A stretch of 64,000 nt of DNA from positions 229,067 through 293,066 of the forward strand of contig JBBDYJ010000032.1 in NCBI GenBank assembly GCA_040901675.1, in the 5' to 3' direction. Positions 20,425 through 30,040 of this stretch are shown piece after piece; the first letter of the stretch is position 1, and the number at the start of each line of letters is the position of its first letter. This DNA comes from Pirellulales bacterium. GTDB taxonomy: Bacteria > Planctomycetota > Planctomycetia > Pirellulales > JAICIG01. Both the position numbers and the translations under genes were made by a program. The notes beneath the pieces were generated by a model that saw only the letters and a program-made list of their open reading frames with translations, did no database searches and was not told the origin of the DNA.

Positions 20425-20922
20425 GTTTTTTCAAGGCGTAGCTAACTTTGGCAGCTTGCTTGGCTTGACCGTTTGGTCAAAAGCGCTCTGCCTGCGCCAG
20501 TTCCGCCGACCAGGCCCCCGACGCGGACCTTAAGCCGTCGCCGAGGCGCGTGTAAAAAAACTTCTGCCTCCTCGCAAAAACGGTCAAAAGACTTGTGGCC
20601 GCCTTGACCGATACAAGTTCCGCCTACGGTACGTCGTAAACGATTGCGGGAACGACGCATGTCCCAAAAACAGGCCAAATCGTACTCCAGGCCAGCCGAT
20701 CTGGACCACGTTCTCGGGGAACTTCGCCGGTTGTCAGCCCAACGGGCACATCCGGTTAAGCCCGATTTCTGGAAGGTCATCCGCTGGCACCTTCGCGACC
20801 GCCGAAGCCAGGCGTAGGGACGACCGTCCGAATCAGGGCAGCGTGGCCCACTCGCTGGGCGAGTGGTGCCGGGAGGTCCAAGATCGCTGCCCCTTATGCC
20901 CGTTTCCAGCGATGCCCCGCTT

Positions 20923-21402
20923 CTAGCGAACGGTGGTCTCGCGGCGGGCGGTGACGGTCCGGCGGCTGCTGGACTGCTGGACGACCGCCTGGTGGACCAT
21001 TCGGCTCTCGGACAGCCGCTGCAGCATTTGCCGCGGAGGAACGAAGCCTGTCATCCGGCCCAACAGACCGGACTCAGAAATGATCAGCATCGTCGGGAAC
21101 GACCTAACGTTCAACTCCCTAACCAGGCCCGGCTCGGCGCGCTGGTCGATCGCCAAGGGCACGAATCCGCCCGTGATATCGGCCGCTACGCCCGGATCGG
21201 CAAACGTCGCGCTTCGCATTCGCGAGCACTGCTTGCAGGAGGGTCTGGTGATGAACACCAGCAGCGGCTGTCCCTGCTCGACGGCCCGTTGCCAGGCTAC
21301 CTCGGGGTCCGTCAACCAAGCCATGCCTTCTCCCCTCGCCGGGGCCGCCGGAGCCCAGGCAAGCAGCAGGAAAAGGACCGGGGCCAGCCACCTACCGCGC
21401 AT
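20923..21402 (-). CDS. Exported thioredoxin-family protein
   Basis: Signal peptide; PLLVFI..SCKQC active site; SFPT cis-Pro loop. Confidence 0.85.
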   Translation of the reverse strand: MRGRWLAPVLFLLLAWAPAAPARGEGMAWLTDPEVAWQRAVEQGQPLLVFITRPSCKQCSRMRSATFADPGVAADITGGFVPLAIDQRAEPGLVRELNVRSFPTMLIISESGLLGRMTGFVPPRQMLQRLSESRMVHQAVVQQSSSRRTVTARRETTVR

Positions 21403-21631
21403 CGCCCGCCTCCTTCGGAAAAGTGTCGAAAAAAAATGCTTCCGCTCGGGAGCTATCGGCTCTGAGGGCTGTGCCGTTGGTGCCGATTCTGCCTCCGACG
21501 GGCCAAGCGGCTTTGCGGCGTGCCGCAGGCGCCGGTTGCGGAGCCAACGCCGGTTGGCGAAGAATCGCCGATCCGCTGGACGTTGCCGCCTGGGGCCGCT
21601 CGGGGGCTGTTAAACGGGAGCCTCCCGGCCA

Positions 21632-23722
21632 TCACTTGCCGGCCGCCACAAAGCACAACAGCGAGCGGTCGAGCAGGGTCAGCTTTCCTCCCGGCGGCAC
21701 GGGTGGGCCATCGGCCTGGGGATACAAGTCGGCCGGACTTTCGGCCGCCGTGTTGACGAACAGTCGCCAATCGACGCGGCGGGCAGCCTCGGGCAAGTCA
21801 AACTCGCTGGGTGCGTCTCCCGCGTGCATCAGCAGCAGGACGTGCCGGGCGGCCTCGGCGCCTCGTCCTTTGGCGGGCCAGGCGGCCAGCAGACATCCCA
21901 GGCTGCGCTGAGTGGCTCCCCATTGCACTGGAGCACCATTGGGATCAAACCAGATCACGTCGCTAGGCAGCTCGGGATGGACCGGCTTTCCTTCCAAAAA
22001 CGTGGCCCGGCGGATGGTGGGCTGCTGCTTGCGAAACGCAATCAGGCCCCGGCAGAAACGCAGCAGGTCGGCGTTGCGCCCAACGAGGTTCCAATCGAAC
22101 CAACTGATCGCGTTGTCCTGGCAATAAGCATTGTTGTTGCCGTCCTGAGTGCGCCGGCACTCATCGCCGGCCAGCAGCATGGGCACTCCCTGGCTCAAGA
22201 GCAGCGTTGCCAGCATGTTGCGCATCTGGCGCCGGCGCAGTCGCTGCACCGCCTGTCGCCGGGTCGGTCCCTCCACGCCGTAGTTGGCGCTGTAGTTGAG
22301 GCTCTCGCCGTCGCGGTTCTCCTCGCCGTTGGCCAGGTTGTGCTTTTCGGCGTAACTGACCAGGTCGTTGAGCGTGAACCCATCGTGCGAGGTGACAAAG
22401 TTGATGCTGTGATAGGGCCGCCGGCCGCTGGGGCCGTACAAGTCGCTGGAGCCGGCAAGCCGCGTGGCCAGGTGGCCGACCTGCCCCGTGTCGCCCCGCC
22501 AGAAGCGGCGGACGTCGTCGCGGTAGCGGCCGTTCCATTCGGCCCAACGATGATTGGAGAACGAGCCGACCTGGTAGGCGCCGGCGGCGTCCCAGGCCTC
22601 GGCGATGATCTTGGTATCGGCCAAAAGCGGATCCTCTCCGATGGCCTCGACCAGGGGAGGATTCGGCAGCAGCTCGCCGTTGCGGTCGCGGCTCAGAATG
22701 GAGGCCAGGTCGAAGCGAAAGCCGTCGACGTGGTAGTTGTGCACCCAGTGCCGCAGGCAGAGGAAGATCAGCTCGCGGACGATGGGGTGATTGCCGTTGA
22801 CCGTGTTGCCGCAGCCCGAGTAATTGCGATACCGCGCGCCGCCGCCGTCCAGCATGTAATACACGCGGTTCTCCAGGCCCTTGAAGCTCAGCGTGGGGCC
22901 GTGCTCGTTGCCTTCGGCCGTGTGGTTGAAGACCACGTCGAGGATGACTTCGATCCCCGCCTGGTGCAGAGCCCGCACCATCTGCTTGAACTCGATCACC
23001 TGGGCGCCGGGCCGGCCGTCGGCCGCATAGCCGCGATGCGGGGCGAAGAAGGCCAGCGGCTCGTAGCCCCAGTAGCTGGGCCTGGTCTCCGGCCCGCCCA
23101 TCCAGTGATTGGTCGGAAACTCATGGACGGGCATCAGCTCCACGGCCGTGACGCCCAGCGACTGGAGGTAGGGGATTTTTTCGATCAGGCCCAGGTAGGT
23201 GCCCGGATGCTCGACGTCCGACGAGCGCGACCAGGTGAAGCCGCGGACGTGCAGCTCGTAGATGATCGTCTCGGACAGCTTGCGGTTCAGGTGCCGGTCT
23301 CCCTGCCAATCGAAGCTATCGTCCACGACAACGCACTTGGGCGGCCGCACGATGCCGTCGGCGGCCGGCAGATAGTCGCCGGCCAAGGCGCGGGCATAGG
23401 GATCGATGAGCCGCGCGTTGCCGTCGAACCGCTGCCCGCTGGACGGGTCGAACGGGCCGTCGGCCTGCACGTGGTAAAGCTGGCCGGCGCCGACTCCGGG
23501 CACGAAGACGCTCCAGATGTCGCCCCAGCGGTCCTGGGAGCGATCGAAGTGCACCACTTCGGCCGGCTCGGGGTCGGCCACATCGTCGTACAAGAGCAAC
23601 CGCATGCCGGTGGCCGAACGGCTGAAGATGACGAACTGCACCCCCCCTTCGCGCAGGATCGTGCCGTAGGGGAGGGGATGCGTGAACTGGAGCGAGGGAT
23701 GCTGGTGCGTGCGCTGCATCAT
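21632..23722 (-). CDS. glgX: Glycogen debranching enzyme / isoamylase (GH13)
   Basis: IYELHVRGF, YWGY, DVVFNHT, DGFRFDLA, IAEAWD, SHDGFTL, NNAYCQDN. Confidence 0.95.
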   Translation of the reverse strand: MMQRTHQHPSLQFTHPLPYGTILREGGVQFVIFSRSATGMRLLLYDDVADPEPAEVVHFDRSQDRWGDIWSVFVPGVGAGQLYHVQADGPFDPSSGQRFDGNARLIDPYARALAGDYLPAADGIVRPPKCVVVDDSFDWQGDRHLNRKLSETIIYELHVRGFTWSRSSDVEHPGTYLGLIEKIPYLQSLGVTAVELMPVHEFPTNHWMGGPETRPSYWGYEPLAFFAPHRGYAADGRPGAQVIEFKQMVRALHQAGIEVILDVVFNHTAEGNEHGPTLSFKGLENRVYYMLDGGGARYRNYSGCGNTVNGNHPIVRELIFLCLRHWVHNYHVDGFRFDLASILSRDRNGELLPNPPLVEAIGEDPLLADTKIIAEAWDAAGAYQVGSFSNHRWAEWNGRYRDDVRRFWRGDTGQVGHLATRLAGSSDLYGPSGRRPYHSINFVTSHDGFTLNDLVSYAEKHNLANGEENRDGESLNYSANYGVEGPTRRQAVQRLRRRQMRNMLATLLLSQGVPMLLAGDECRRTQDGNNNAYCQDNAISWFDWNLVGRNADLLRFCRGLIAFRKQQPTIRRATFLEGKPVHPELPSDVIWFDPNGAPVQWGATQRSLGCLLAAWPAKGRGAEAARHVLLLMHAGDAPSEFDLPEAARRVDWRLFVNTAAESPADLYPQADGPPVPPGGKLTLLDRSLLCFVAAGK

Positions 23723-23824
23723 ATGCGGACCGGCCGGGAAGCCGCCCGGCTCCGGCAGCCCATCACTGCCAAGGCGACGCGCGTCGAGCCGCCGTGCTCT
23801 GCCGTGCTGTCGGCGTTCCAGGGG

Positions 23825-24601
23825 TTATTCGACTGCGATGTCCGGCCGGAACGCCGCATGGCACGCGTCGCAGCTTTTGGAAAGCTTGAGCATGGCGGCA
23901 TCGGCCCCTTCTTTATCGGCCGACTTGATCCGCGCATTGAGCTCGCCCGCCGCGTCCCGCATCTGGCCGCAGAATTGATACCACTGGTCCACGTCTTCGG
24001 GCTTCTCGACCTCGTGCGTGTCGTACGTCACCGCTTGGGCAATGGCGGCCAGCACCGCGGCGTCGCGGGCGTTTTGTTCACCCAAACGATCAAACCGCCT
24101 CATGCCTCGCTTCAGACGGTTGTTGACGAAGGTCACCTGCTTCATTACCTGCCCCAGCGCGGCCACCGGCTCCCACTTCGGCACGGGTGCTTCGCCGGCG
24201 CTGGCCGAGGCGGCCGCCTGCACCTTGGCATGGGCGGCCTTGGCCGCAGCAAAGTCCTCGGCGGCGGCCAGCTCGCGGGCGGCGGCCAGCAAGGCAGGCG
24301 CCGAGGCCTTCAGCTCATGCTCGGCATCGTGCTTGCAAAGCACCAGCGACAGGACGGCCAGCGTGTTGGCGTCGCGCACCACGCGCAGGGCGTTAGCCTT
24401 GTACTGCTCCTCGTCGGCAAGCCACTCGTCGAACGATGTCAGATAAAGCTTGATTTGCGCCACGAGGTCCTCGGCGGGGATCACGCCCGAAAGGGGCGGA
24501 GGCTCGGGTGGGTCAGCGGCCAGCAAGCCCGCCACGCCGACCACAACAAAGCAGCAAACCAAGAGCAATGACTTCAGCGGGGTCAAGCGGTGATCTTTCA
24601 C
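23825..24601 (-). CDS. Exported class II (cytochrome c'-like) c-type cytochrome
   Basis: Signal peptide; all-helical; single C-terminal CDACH..FR heme motif. Confidence 0.8.
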   Translation of the reverse strand: MKDHRLTPLKSLLLVCCFVVVGVAGLLAADPPEPPPLSGVIPAEDLVAQIKLYLTSFDEWLADEEQYKANALRVVRDANTLAVLSLVLCKHDAEHELKASAPALLAAARELAAAEDFAAAKAAHAKVQAAASASAGEAPVPKWEPVAALGQVMKQVTFVNNRLKRGMRRFDRLGEQNARDAAVLAAIAQAVTYDTHEVEKPEDVDQWYQFCGQMRDAAGELNARIKSADKEGADAAMLKLSKSCDACHAAFRPDIAVE

Positions 24602-24678
24602 GGCAGTTTCCCTGGAGTAAGAAATTCAACATTGTTTGCGGCCAGTGTGACGACCCGCCGGCCGGCATGTCAAGCACG

Positions 24679-24708
24679 TTGACAATCGCGTCGGGCCAGA
24701 CCTAAAAT
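24679..24708 (+). promoter_or_regulatory. Sigma-70-type promoter for purM
   Basis: TTGACA (24679-24684), 18-nt spacer, TAAAAT (24703-24708); 38 nt before the purM ATG. Confidence 0.6.
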
Positions 24709-24746
24709 TCTAACCTACAAAGCAGTGCGGCAACTGAACAAAGTTA

Positions 24747-25808
24747 ATGGCCAAAGCAACTTACAAGGACGCGGGCGTCGATCTGGACGTATACCGCGAG
24801 TCGATGGCCCGCCTGCCGCGGTTGCTGTACAAGACGCACACGCCCCGGGTCCTGCCGCTGGAAGGCGGCTTCGCGGGCCTGTTTCAACTCGATTTCGACA
24901 GCCCGCTCTTCGCCCGCCGCTACGTCGATCCCGTGCTGGTCAGTTGCACCGACGGCGTGGGGACCAAGCTCAAGGTGGCCATCCTGGCCGACGTGCACGA
25001 CACGGTCGGCATCGACCTGGTGGCCATGAGCGTCAACGACGCACTGTGCTGCGGGGCCGAGCCCTTGTTCTTCCTCGATTACGTGGCCATGTCGCACGAT
25101 GATCCGGTGCGGCTGGAGCAGATTGTGGCGGGTGTGGCCGCCGGCTGCATCGAAAGCGACTGTGCCTTGCTGGGGGGCGAAACGGCCATCATGCCCGACC
25201 TGTACGCGCGGGGCGAGTACGACCTGGCCGGTTTTTGCGTGGGCGTGGTCGAGCGCCGGCGCTTGATCGACGGCCGGGCGATCACGCCGGGCGACGTGAT
25301 CATCGGCCTGGCCTCCAGCGGCCTGCACTCCAACGGCTACAGCCTGGCGCGGCGCGTGGTCTTCGACGTCGCCGGGCTGTCGGTACACGACCACGTCGAC
25401 GAGCTGGGCCGCACCGTGGGGCAGGTCCTGCTCGAGCCGACGCGGATCTATGCCCGCGCCATCCGCCGCGTGCTGGCCAACTACAAGGTGAAGACGGTGA
25501 TCCACGGGCTGGCGCACATCACGGGAGGCGGCCTGGTGGAGAACCTGGCCCGCGTCATGCCGGCGGGGAGCCGGGGAGTGATTCAGCGCGACACCTGGCC
25601 CGTGCCGCCGGTCTTCGGCTGGCTGGCCCGGCTGGGCGCGGTCGAGCGCGACGAAATGGAGCGGGTGTTCAACATGGGCCTGGGGCTGGTGCTCGTGGTC
25701 AACCCCTACTTCGCCGACAGCGTGCGCAGTCAACTGGCCGACTGCGGCCACGAGAGTTGGCAGATCGGCCAGGTGGTGGCGGGCGCCGGCGACGTGGTGT
25801 GGGGGTGA
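24747..25808 (+). CDS. purM: Phosphoribosylformylglycinamidine cyclo-ligase (AIR synthetase)
   Basis: [50 protein letters not shown]. Confidence 0.97.
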   Translation: MAKATYKDAGVDLDVYRESMARLPRLLYKTHTPRVLPLEGGFAGLFQLDFDSPLFARRYVDPVLVSCTDGVGTKLKVAILADVHDTVGIDLVAMSVNDALCCGAEPLFFLDYVAMSHDDPVRLEQIVAGVAAGCIESDCALLGGETAIMPDLYARGEYDLAGFCVGVVERRRLIDGRAITPGDVIIGLASSGLHSNGYSLARRVVFDVAGLSVHDHVDELGRTVGQVLLEPTRIYARAIRRVLANYKVKTVIHGLAHITGGGLVENLARVMPAGSRGVIQRDTWPVPPVFGWLARLGAVERDEMERVFNMGLGLVLVVNPYFADSVRSQLADCGHESWQIGQVVAGAGDVVWG

Positions 25809-25818
25809 GCCGGCGCGC

Positions 25819-28386
25819 TCAATGCATGGCGGTCGTTTTGGCCGCGGCTTGCTTGGATGGCCCTGCTTGCTTGAGCTTGTCCAAGAGCAGCGTCTGGGTA
25901 TAGGTGTCCTTCAGCACGATCGGCTCATTGGGCCGGCCGGCGGGAAAAATGGCGAGCACCGGCACGTGGCCGCCTCCGCTGAGAGCTTCGAGCAGCGCGC
26001 TCTCCTCGTCCGGCCAGCGGGTCATGTCGGCGATCAATGGCACCACGTCGTTGGCAAGCACCACCTTGCGAGTGCCCTTGGTATTCAGGACGGTCTGTTC
26101 CAGAAACTTGCACGTCGCGCACCAATCCGCTGTAAAATCGACAAGCACCGTCTTTTGCTGGCCAGCCAGGTCTTCGAGCATGGCCAGGGAAAAAGGTCGC
26201 CAGGGCAGCTCGTGGCCGCGGGTATTGCCGATTGTGGGTGCTCCCCTCGTCACCGAGCCGCTCAGCGTTTCTGCGATGGCACGTTCAATGTCGCGCTGGT
26301 GGCGGGCCGCCATAATGGGGGCCAGCCATTGAAAAGCCGTGAGTCCCACCAACACGGCGAAAGCGCCGGCGCCCAACCAGGCTCGCGTCCTTACGGCCCC
26401 ATCGGCGAACAAAGGCGTCCGCCCGATCCACCAGCAGGCTGCCCACAGACCCATCAAGAGCGCCACGGTCGGTACGATGCTAGTGGGCTCCATGAACGTC
26501 ATCAAGAACACGACGGTGCCCAGCAGCAAAAAGCCCATCATCTGCTTGAAGGTGTCCATCCAGGCGCCCGGCTTGGGCAGAAAGCGGAGCAAGGTTGGAA
26601 AGGCGCCGATCAGCAGGTACGGACTTGCCATCCCGACGCCCATTGATGCGAAGATCAGGTACGTGATGTGAGGCGGTTGAGAGGCCGCGAAGCCCAACGC
26701 GCTGCCAAGGAATGGCCCCGTGCAGGGAGTGGCCAGCACGGTGGTGATGGCGCCCTTGCAAAAGGCGCCGGCAACGCCCTCCTTCGCCGCCAGGGCGGTC
26801 GTCTTGCTGCCGCCGATGAAGCCGGGGATCGGAATCTCCCAGACTCCAAGAAAGCTGAGCGCCATAACAAACACGATGGCCGCCAGCGTGATGTTGAAGC
26901 CGTCGGAAGCGAACTGCTGCCCCCAACCGAACTGCTGGTTCCAAACCAACCTCGAAACCACCGGCAAGGTCGCCAGGACAAGGAACACAAAGATCAAGCC
27001 CAGCGCGTACCAGACGTTCAACACGAACACCTGGCGGCGGTCATGTCCGCCCTGTTCCACGAACGAGAGGACCTTCAGCCCGATGACCGGCAGGACGCAG
27101 GGCATCAAGTTGAGGATCAGTCCACCCAAAAACCCCAGGGCCATCATCAGGATCAGCGGCTGATCTCGAGACAGCGTTTGAGCCCGGATCTTGTCCAGGG
27201 CCAGCGATTCCGCCGGCGCGCCTGGCAAGCCGCCACGTACTGGGGAGAGATTGGCGGCGGCCGGATCCTGGGCAGCAGCGTAGCCGCGGAGTCCGGTAAA
27301 GATGATCGGGGTTGTCCCGTCCACCGGGGCCTGACCGATCGTCAGTGTGCCTTCGAAGCTGAGCGCCTCCGGCCTGTCGCAGCCGCCCGCATTGCAACTC
27401 TGGTAGCCGATCAAGCCGGCAATCGTCAGCGGCCCCGGCTGGGCCGTTTGAGGCACCGCCAGCTCGATTGTCCAATCGACGGGCCGCTCGTGATGTCCCA
27501 GTGCCTCGCCGTCCTTGTGCACCGGCTGGGAACCAGGAACCGCTTTGCGCGGCTCGAGTCCTGAAGTCTGTGTCAGCGTGATCAAGGTGGGCTGCGAACC
27601 AACGGCCGGAGCTTCCGTGCCCAGCTCATAGACGTACCATCCTTCGGCCGGCTCGGCCGTCAGAACGAGCCTGGCCTGGCCGCCGGGGACGGCCACCCGG
27701 GGTTCAATCCGGCCGTGCAGCACGGTCCCCGACCGGGGATTGGTGTAGGAAACCGTCTCTTGGCGGGTCGGTACCGGGTCCTCGGCCCGCCCGGGAGACA
27801 CCAATTCGGCAGCCGGAATGTCAGCTCCCGAACCCAGACGGCCCACGAAGCGGTAATCCTTGGGCGGCAGACACCCGCTCGCGTTGCAGACTTGCGCGTA
27901 CACGCTGCCGCTGATTCGTAGATTCTTAGGGTCCACCCCCCGGGCAAGCTCGATCGGCGCGTGCCACGTCACGCTGTTGAAGTGCTCCTCGAGCAGGAGC
28001 GGCTCGTCCGAGCCCGCCTTCTCGAATACGTCGCTCAGCTCCCTCTTCGGTTCCGGCCACGGTTTGAAATCGCCGACAACCTTGAAGTCGTCGCTCGCCT
28101 CGAGCTTGAGCCTGCTCGCCAGTGGCCCGCCATCCGGCTGCGTAATCGAGTAGATGTGGTGCCCTGGGGCTATCTCGGCCGTGATGAACAGCCGGGCCGG
28201 GGCATTCTGGGTTGACTGGGTGAATTGGGCGGTGGCCGTGAGCACCTGCTCCGGGCTCTCGGCAGGCAGGCTGATTTTCCCTCGCAGTCTCTCCAGAAAG
28301 TCATCCTGCGCCCGGGCGATCGGCGCAGCCGGCACCAAGATGGCCGCCATGGCCGCCAACAACAGGCGTGCGGCGAGATTTGGCAT
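25819..28386 (-). CDS. DsbD-family thiol:disulfide interchange protein
   Basis: Two N-terminal DsbD-alpha-like domains (CNASGC, CNAGGC); TM domain LNLMPCVLP / ATPCTGP; LPKPGAWM; thioredoxin WCATC. Confidence 0.9.
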   Translation of the reverse strand: MPNLAARLLLAAMAAILVPAAPIARAQDDFLERLRGKISLPAESPEQVLTATAQFTQSTQNAPARLFITAEIAPGHHIYSITQPDGGPLASRLKLEASDDFKVVGDFKPWPEPKRELSDVFEKAGSDEPLLLEEHFNSVTWHAPIELARGVDPKNLRISGSVYAQVCNASGCLPPKDYRFVGRLGSGADIPAAELVSPGRAEDPVPTRQETVSYTNPRSGTVLHGRIEPRVAVPGGQARLVLTAEPAEGWYVYELGTEAPAVGSQPTLITLTQTSGLEPRKAVPGSQPVHKDGEALGHHERPVDWTIELAVPQTAQPGPLTIAGLIGYQSCNAGGCDRPEALSFEGTLTIGQAPVDGTTPIIFTGLRGYAAAQDPAAANLSPVRGGLPGAPAESLALDKIRAQTLSRDQPLILMMALGFLGGLILNLMPCVLPVIGLKVLSFVEQGGHDRRQVFVLNVWYALGLIFVFLVLATLPVVSRLVWNQQFGWGQQFASDGFNITLAAIVFVMALSFLGVWEIPIPGFIGGSKTTALAAKEGVAGAFCKGAITTVLATPCTGPFLGSALGFAASQPPHITYLIFASMGVGMASPYLLIGAFPTLLRFLPKPGAWMDTFKQMMGFLLLGTVVFLMTFMEPTSIVPTVALLMGLWAACWWIGRTPLFADGAVRTRAWLGAGAFAVLVGLTAFQWLAPIMAARHQRDIERAIAETLSGSVTRGAPTIGNTRGHELPWRPFSLAMLEDLAGQQKTVLVDFTADWCATCKFLEQTVLNTKGTRKVVLANDVVPLIADMTRWPDEESALLEALSGGGHVPVLAIFPAGRPNEPIVLKDTYTQTLLLDKLKQAGPSKQAAAKTTAMH

Positions 28387-28547
28387 GACTCCCTGTCCTC
28401 GGCCGGCAACTCGGTCGCTAGCCGGTAGTCCGTTGGCCGTAAAGCACTTGGCCGTAGAGCACGTATGATTCTGATGATTCTGATTCTAGATTTCGCCCGG
28501 CGCAGGTCAATGCTACTGCTTCTGTCAACCGTGGATGGGCGAAATAT

Positions 28548-28608
28548 GTAGCACGGCCTTCCCAGGCCGTCTAGACGGGCAAGGAAGCTGCAAGGAAGCC
28601 CGTCCTAC
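28548..28608. repeat. GTAG-family REP doublet
   Basis: GTAG-CACGGCCTTCCCAGGCCGT ... ACGGGC...GCCCGTC-CTAC: two palindromic units in inverted arrangement with GTAG/CTAC ends. Confidence 0.65.
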
Positions 28609-28724
28609 TCAATCAATGGCCGACAGAGTAACCGCGGCGCGCAACACGCCGTCCACTTGGTACGTCGGCCGGGAACGGGCGGTTCGATCGTGCGAAGTGG
28701 CGGGCCTTTGTACCTCAAACCGGA

Positions 28725-29756
28725 TTAGCTTGGGTCGGCTGCCACGCGGCCTCCAAGCCGCTCCATGCGGCGCAAGACCTCCTCCAGCCGTGCGACGGCC
28801 TTTTCATGGTTTTCGAACACGCGCCGCTGCCGGCAGATCCAATCCAGCCAGTTCAGGCCGCTCAACAGCACGTTGCCCCGGTCAAAGGCGGTCACCGACA
28901 ACGCTTCGCCGACCGACAGCGGCCGCAGCCGTTCGTACTCGGCCAGCCCCTGCTGCCACCCGGCGGCATCGTCGCCCACCAGGCTGCCCAGCAGCCGTGC
29001 CACGTCGCCGGCCACGTTCTCCGCCCGCATGGCGCCGAAGTCGATCAGGCCGCTGACCCGCGAACCTTCGAACAGCACGTGGTCGTGCCAGATGTCGCGG
29101 ATGCAGGCTTGCAATGGCACTTCCAGCCTGGCCGCCTCGAGCAGGGTTTGCCGCACCTTGCCGGCGGCCCCGGGGAACAACTGAATCAGCCGGCTGCCGG
29201 GGCCGAGCAGTTCCGGCCAGTCCCCGGAAGCGGCTTCGATAGCCATTCGCAAGCGGTCCAGTTCACCGGGCGTCCAACGATCGAGCCGCGCCAGCCGGTC
29301 GATGATTCCGGGCGAACGGGCCAAATGGGCTTCCGCGAGCGGGAACGACGAGGCGGCACGATGAAACTCGGCCAGCGCCGCCATGGCCGCTTTCAGCTTG
29401 GAGCCGGTCGGGCCGGCACGATAGTTGGCCTTACCGGCGATCCACGGCTCCAACTGCCAGAGATGTCGGCCCTGGCGGACATAGCCGGCACGCGAGCTGG
29501 TTTCCAGAGGCAGGGGCAGGCGGTGGAAACCCTCCTGGACCACGTGCCATAACACGGCCTGGATGAACTCCAGGCGTTCGGGGCTGGGATGCTCGGGCGG
29601 CCAACGCCTCAGGCAAAGCGGCCCCAGCCGGCTTTCGATCCGCCAGAACCGAGCGCCGCTGAAGCCGCCGGCGGTTCCGAGCGGCTCAATGCGGCCGCCG
29701 CTACAGGCTGCCGGATAAGCAGTGAGCACTCGACGATAATTGCTGTCGGCCGTCAT
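28725..29756 (-). CDS. APH/choline kinase-like phosphotransferase (homoserine kinase type II-like)
   Basis: GGFSGA P-loop; LAEFH; IRDIWHDHVLF...GLIDFG; GDVARL. Confidence 0.82.
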   Translation of the reverse strand: MTADSNYRRVLTAYPAACSGGRIEPLGTAGGFSGARFWRIESRLGPLCLRRWPPEHPSPERLEFIQAVLWHVVQEGFHRLPLPLETSSRAGYVRQGRHLWQLEPWIAGKANYRAGPTGSKLKAAMAALAEFHRAASSFPLAEAHLARSPGIIDRLARLDRWTPGELDRLRMAIEAASGDWPELLGPGSRLIQLFPGAAGKVRQTLLEAARLEVPLQACIRDIWHDHVLFEGSRVSGLIDFGAMRAENVAGDVARLLGSLVGDDAAGWQQGLAEYERLRPLSVGEALSVTAFDRGNVLLSGLNWLDWICRQRRVFENHEKAVARLEEVLRRMERLGGRVAADPS

Positions 29757-30040
29757 GCTGGACCAGCCACCGGAGCAGGCCAAACACTCAGCAGGCCCCG
29801 CGACCGGCGGACTCCGATGGATGGAGCGGCCCCTGGGCCCGTGCAGCGGCCGCCGCGAGGCGGGGCTCGGGTCCGATTGTAACGGTCGGGTTGGAATTCG
29901 TCGCCGCCTTTTGTTTCCGTCTCGCAAAACTGGTAGTATGGGTTATATTTTACGGGCCGCTTGTTCCGGCAGTAGCCCGGCTGGCGCTGGCTCGTATCGG
30001 TCGATTCGATGGGCTTCCCCCGAGAAGAGAGAAACTTTCC

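Noticed and set aside
21824..24571. 915-aa plus-strand ORF
   Set aside because: Antisense to glgX and the cytochrome gene, both well supported.
28465..28494. Short TGATTC repeats upstream of dsbD
   Set aside because: Too short and irregular to distinguish from slippage.
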